Shown: in pieces, positions 49,770-52,803 of the stretch
How the letters are laid out: each line of letters begins with the position of its first letter
Numbering within the stretch: the stretch's first letter is position 1
Assembly (NCBI RefSeq): GCF_004010195.1
Contig: NC_057719.1
Span: 70,792,692-70,845,494 of the forward strand
DNA: 52,803 nt
Reading direction: 5' to 3'
Source: Chiloscyllium plagiosum
Taxonomy: Eukaryota
The notes under the pieces: model-generated
What the model was told of the DNA's origin: nothing
Database searches by the model: none
The model's input: only the letters and a program-made list of their open reading frames with translations
Translations under genes and position numbers: made by a program

Positions 49770-50655
49770 AATGGGATATGGCCATCACTGATTGGGCCAT
49801 CACTTATTGCTCATATCTAGTTGCACTTGAGAAAATGGTGGTGAGCTGCCTTCTTGAACTGCTGAAGTCAAATTCATGTAGCTCCACAATGCTGCTAGAG
49901 AAACATTTCTAGATTTAGTCCATAGTGACAGTGAAAGAACAGCACAACACTTCCAAGTCAAGATGGCCAGTGGCTTGGAGGGGAAGTTGCCGTTAGTGGT
50001 GTTCCCATATGTCTACTACAATTGTTCTTAAATGGAGTGTTCATGAGTTTATAAAGTGCTGTCTAAGGATTCTTAGTGAATTTCTGCCATCTTGTATATG
50101 GTATGCATTGCTGCTACTGAGTGTTGCTGGTGAAAGGGGTGGATGTTTGAGAATATGCTGTCAATCAAGTGCACTGCTTTATCCTGGAAGATGTCAAGCT
50201 TCTAAAGTGTTGCTGTAGCAGCAGTCATCCAGACAAGAATGGTGTATTCCATCATACACCTGACTTTTACCTTGTAGATGATGAATGGGCTTTGAGGAGT
50301 CAGGAGGTGAGTTACTTCCTCCAGAATTTCCATCCTCTGACATCATATTAAAACAATAATATTTATACAGCTAATCCAGTACAGTATCTGGTCAGTGGCA
50401 ACCTCCAAGATGTTGGTAGTGGGAGATTTGATAATGGTATGACATTGAATGTCAATGGATAATGATTAAGTTCTATCTTGTTGGAGATAGCCATTGCCTG
50501 ACATTTGTGTGGCTCGAATGTTACTTGCTGCTCGTCAGCCCAAACCTGGATATTGTCCAGCGCTTGTTGCATTTGGACATCTATTTTTTTCAGAATCTGA
50601 GGGATAACAGGTGGTGCTGAATATTATACAATCATCAGCAAACACCCCCACTTCT
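49770..50655 (-). mobile_element. LINE 3' portion (L2/CR1 group)
   Basis: The minus strand gives FADDCII, MQQALDNIQVWADEQQVTFEPHKCQAM and IYKVKVRCMMEY. The tail is at ~49770-49865. Confidence 0.85.
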
Positions 50656-50664
50656 GTACTGAAC

Positions 50665-51297
50665 CAGACTAGCAATATAAGTTCATTGCCTACAAGAGTA
50701 GATCAGAGGTTTGGAATCCTGCAGCAAGTATCTCATCCCCTGACTCTGCAGAGTCTGTTCACCATCTACAAGGCATATGTCAAGAGAGTGATAGAAATAT
50801 GTCCCACTTGCCTGGATGGTTGCAAACAAAACTTAAGAAGCTTGACACCATCCAAGACAAAACAGCGCACTCTATTGGTACCACATCCGCAAACATACAT
50901 TCCCTCCACAACCAATGACCAGTAGCAGCAGTGAGTACTATCTATAAGGTGCACTGCAGACATTCTCAAGGCTCCTTAGATAGCAACTTCCAAATCAAAA
51001 ATCAGTACCGTCTAGAAGAACAAAGTCAGCAGATACAAGGGGACACCCACTACCTGCAAGCCAATCCCCTCTAAGTCAATCACCATCTTGACTTGGAAAG
51101 ATAGTTCTGTTCCTTCACTGTCACTGGATCAAAAGCGTGGAATTCCCTCCTTAACAGCATTGTGGGTCTACCTTCAGTAAACAAACTGCAGAGGTTCAAG
51201 AAGGCAACTCACCACCACCTTCGCAAGGGTAACCAGGAATCTGCAGTAAACGCTGGCCCAGACACACATGCTCACATTCCATTAATTAATCCAAAAA
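50665..51297 (+). mobile_element. LINE 3' portion, same family and opposite orientation
   Basis: It encodes QRFGILQQVSHPLTLQSLFTIYKAYVKRVIE. The tail reads ttcaagaaggcaactcaccaccac...taaacgctggcc...ctcacattcc. Confidence 0.85.
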
Positions 51298-52557
51298 TAA
51301 AGTTATCCTGACATTTTGACAAAGTTTGCAGGTCCTGAAGATCTGTGTCCCCACAAGAGGGGCCTCTTGGTTCGAGATTGGTCAAATGAATCGACAAATG
51401 CGGTCTATTCAAAAAGCAAGGGTCATTAGTTTATTCAATTAAGGTACCTTGACACAATTCTATCCAGCAACACAGAGATTGAAGCTTCTGTGTTCCGTGA
51501 TGAAGTTGCGCAATTACATTTGAAAATTACATATCATTTATATGTTTTTTAAGAACTAGTACTGCCTTAATTACAAGAAAGACCAATCGCATATCATTAG
51601 GTGACATGATTTACAGCAAGTTAATCCAATGATATTTTCAATAAGAAGAATATCTAATTTAAGTAAATTGTCATGCCACGTATTAGTTCAAGGTTAGTTC
51701 AACTGGTCAATTAATGTGTCAGTATTCATCTTATGAAAACTCTATTGACCTCTTATCTTTGAACTGCAAGTTAATTCTGCAAATCAGCAGTATGTACAGC
51801 AGTATGGATCACAGGCCATTTTGTAGTATTCTTTTAAATCAAGAAACCATTTTATTGAAATAAAAATCTACATATTTTGTTGCCTAAATTCCATTTTTAG
51901 ATCCTCAGTCATAGGTATAAACACAACAGTTATGCAATCCCTGGAGCACTCAAGGCATGTGGAGGGTGTGGTCTTTACTATGCACAAAAAAATTGCCCTT
52001 CTTTCAATCAATTTTGCCAGAAATGTAGCAGAAAGGCCATTGTAATCTTGTAATGACAAGTGTACTGCAGCAAGTCAAATAGACCACGCAATATTGAATA
52101 TTGTTGTATCTTCCTGGTATTTACTGTGTACCATGAGATTTCATTTAACAGCTATTACAGCAGTACTTAACTTTTCAAAATCCAACCATATGAAAACAAA
52201 AGGAAAGATTGTGAAAAACACAGAGGTCACAATGCCCAGAATAGAGTCTGCCATTAATCTGGCGTGAAGCGTACCTTAATTTCAGTGTGTTGTTTCCCAG
52301 TAGAAGATGTATTTATTCTTAGAAACCGATACTCGACAAGACAGAGTGGTGGACGCACACTGTCAATCTTGTGGAAAGCATTAATGGATTGAACATCATT
52401 TCAAAGGATTTCAAAAATTCTTATTTTTTCTGCAGAAAACTGGTGACTGTTCATTGTTGGGTAAAATTGATACAGTTAAGTATAAAAAATAAGTACCTAC
52501 TGACAATGAAAACCATGTCAAATTCTATGTTATGGACTCAAGTGATGTTACTACTGA

Positions 52558-52803
52558 GGTAAAAACAATGACTGCAGATGCTGGAAACCAGATTCTGGAT
52601 TAGTGGTGCTGGAAGAGCACAGCAGTTCAGGCAGCATCCGAGGACAGGCAAAATCGACGTATCGGGCAAAAACCCTTCATCAGGAATAAAGGCAGAGAGC
52701 CTGAAGCACGGAGAGATAAGCTAGAGGAGGGTGGGGGTGGGGAGAGAGTAGCATAGAGTACAATAGGTCAGTGGGGAAGGAGATGAAGGTGATAGGTCAG
52801 GGA
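52558..52803 (-). mobile_element. Young Neptune-type PLE 3' end (same family as 12308-13058), cut by the window end
   Basis: It has high identity to 12308-12520. The hammerhead core at 52656-52683 carries a GAAA>GAUA change. Confidence 0.92.

Noticed and set aside
51335..51770. Possible minus-strand solo LTR
   Set aside because: The composition is suggestive, but I could not identify termini or a TSD.

Overview
This is eukaryotic, repeat-dense DNA, most likely from an elasmobranch (shark) given HE1-type V-SINEs, a SacSINE1-like DeuSINE and shark-type CR1 LINEs. I can support no intact host protein-coding gene, so the window reads as intronic or intergenic. It is a mosaic of decayed mobile elements: many CR1 LINEs (one near full-length but inactivated), Rex1/Babar and RTE LINE fragments, three Gmr1-like Gypsy relics, a solo LTR, two PIF/Harbinger relics, tRNA-derived SINEs and about a dozen Penelope-like element (PLE) pieces. 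The most interesting signals are: (1) recurring minimal hammerhead-ribozyme cores in the PLE termini; (2) ~100-200 bp non-coding inserts made of little more than the ribozyme plus tail, flanked by 11-14 bp target-site duplications (TSDs); (3) a hairpin element nested in an older hairpin element; (4) an internal CR1 fragment flanked by a 230-bp duplication; (5) a four-level nested insertion. Family names come from motif recognition by eye, not database searches, and boundaries of old repeats are approximate.
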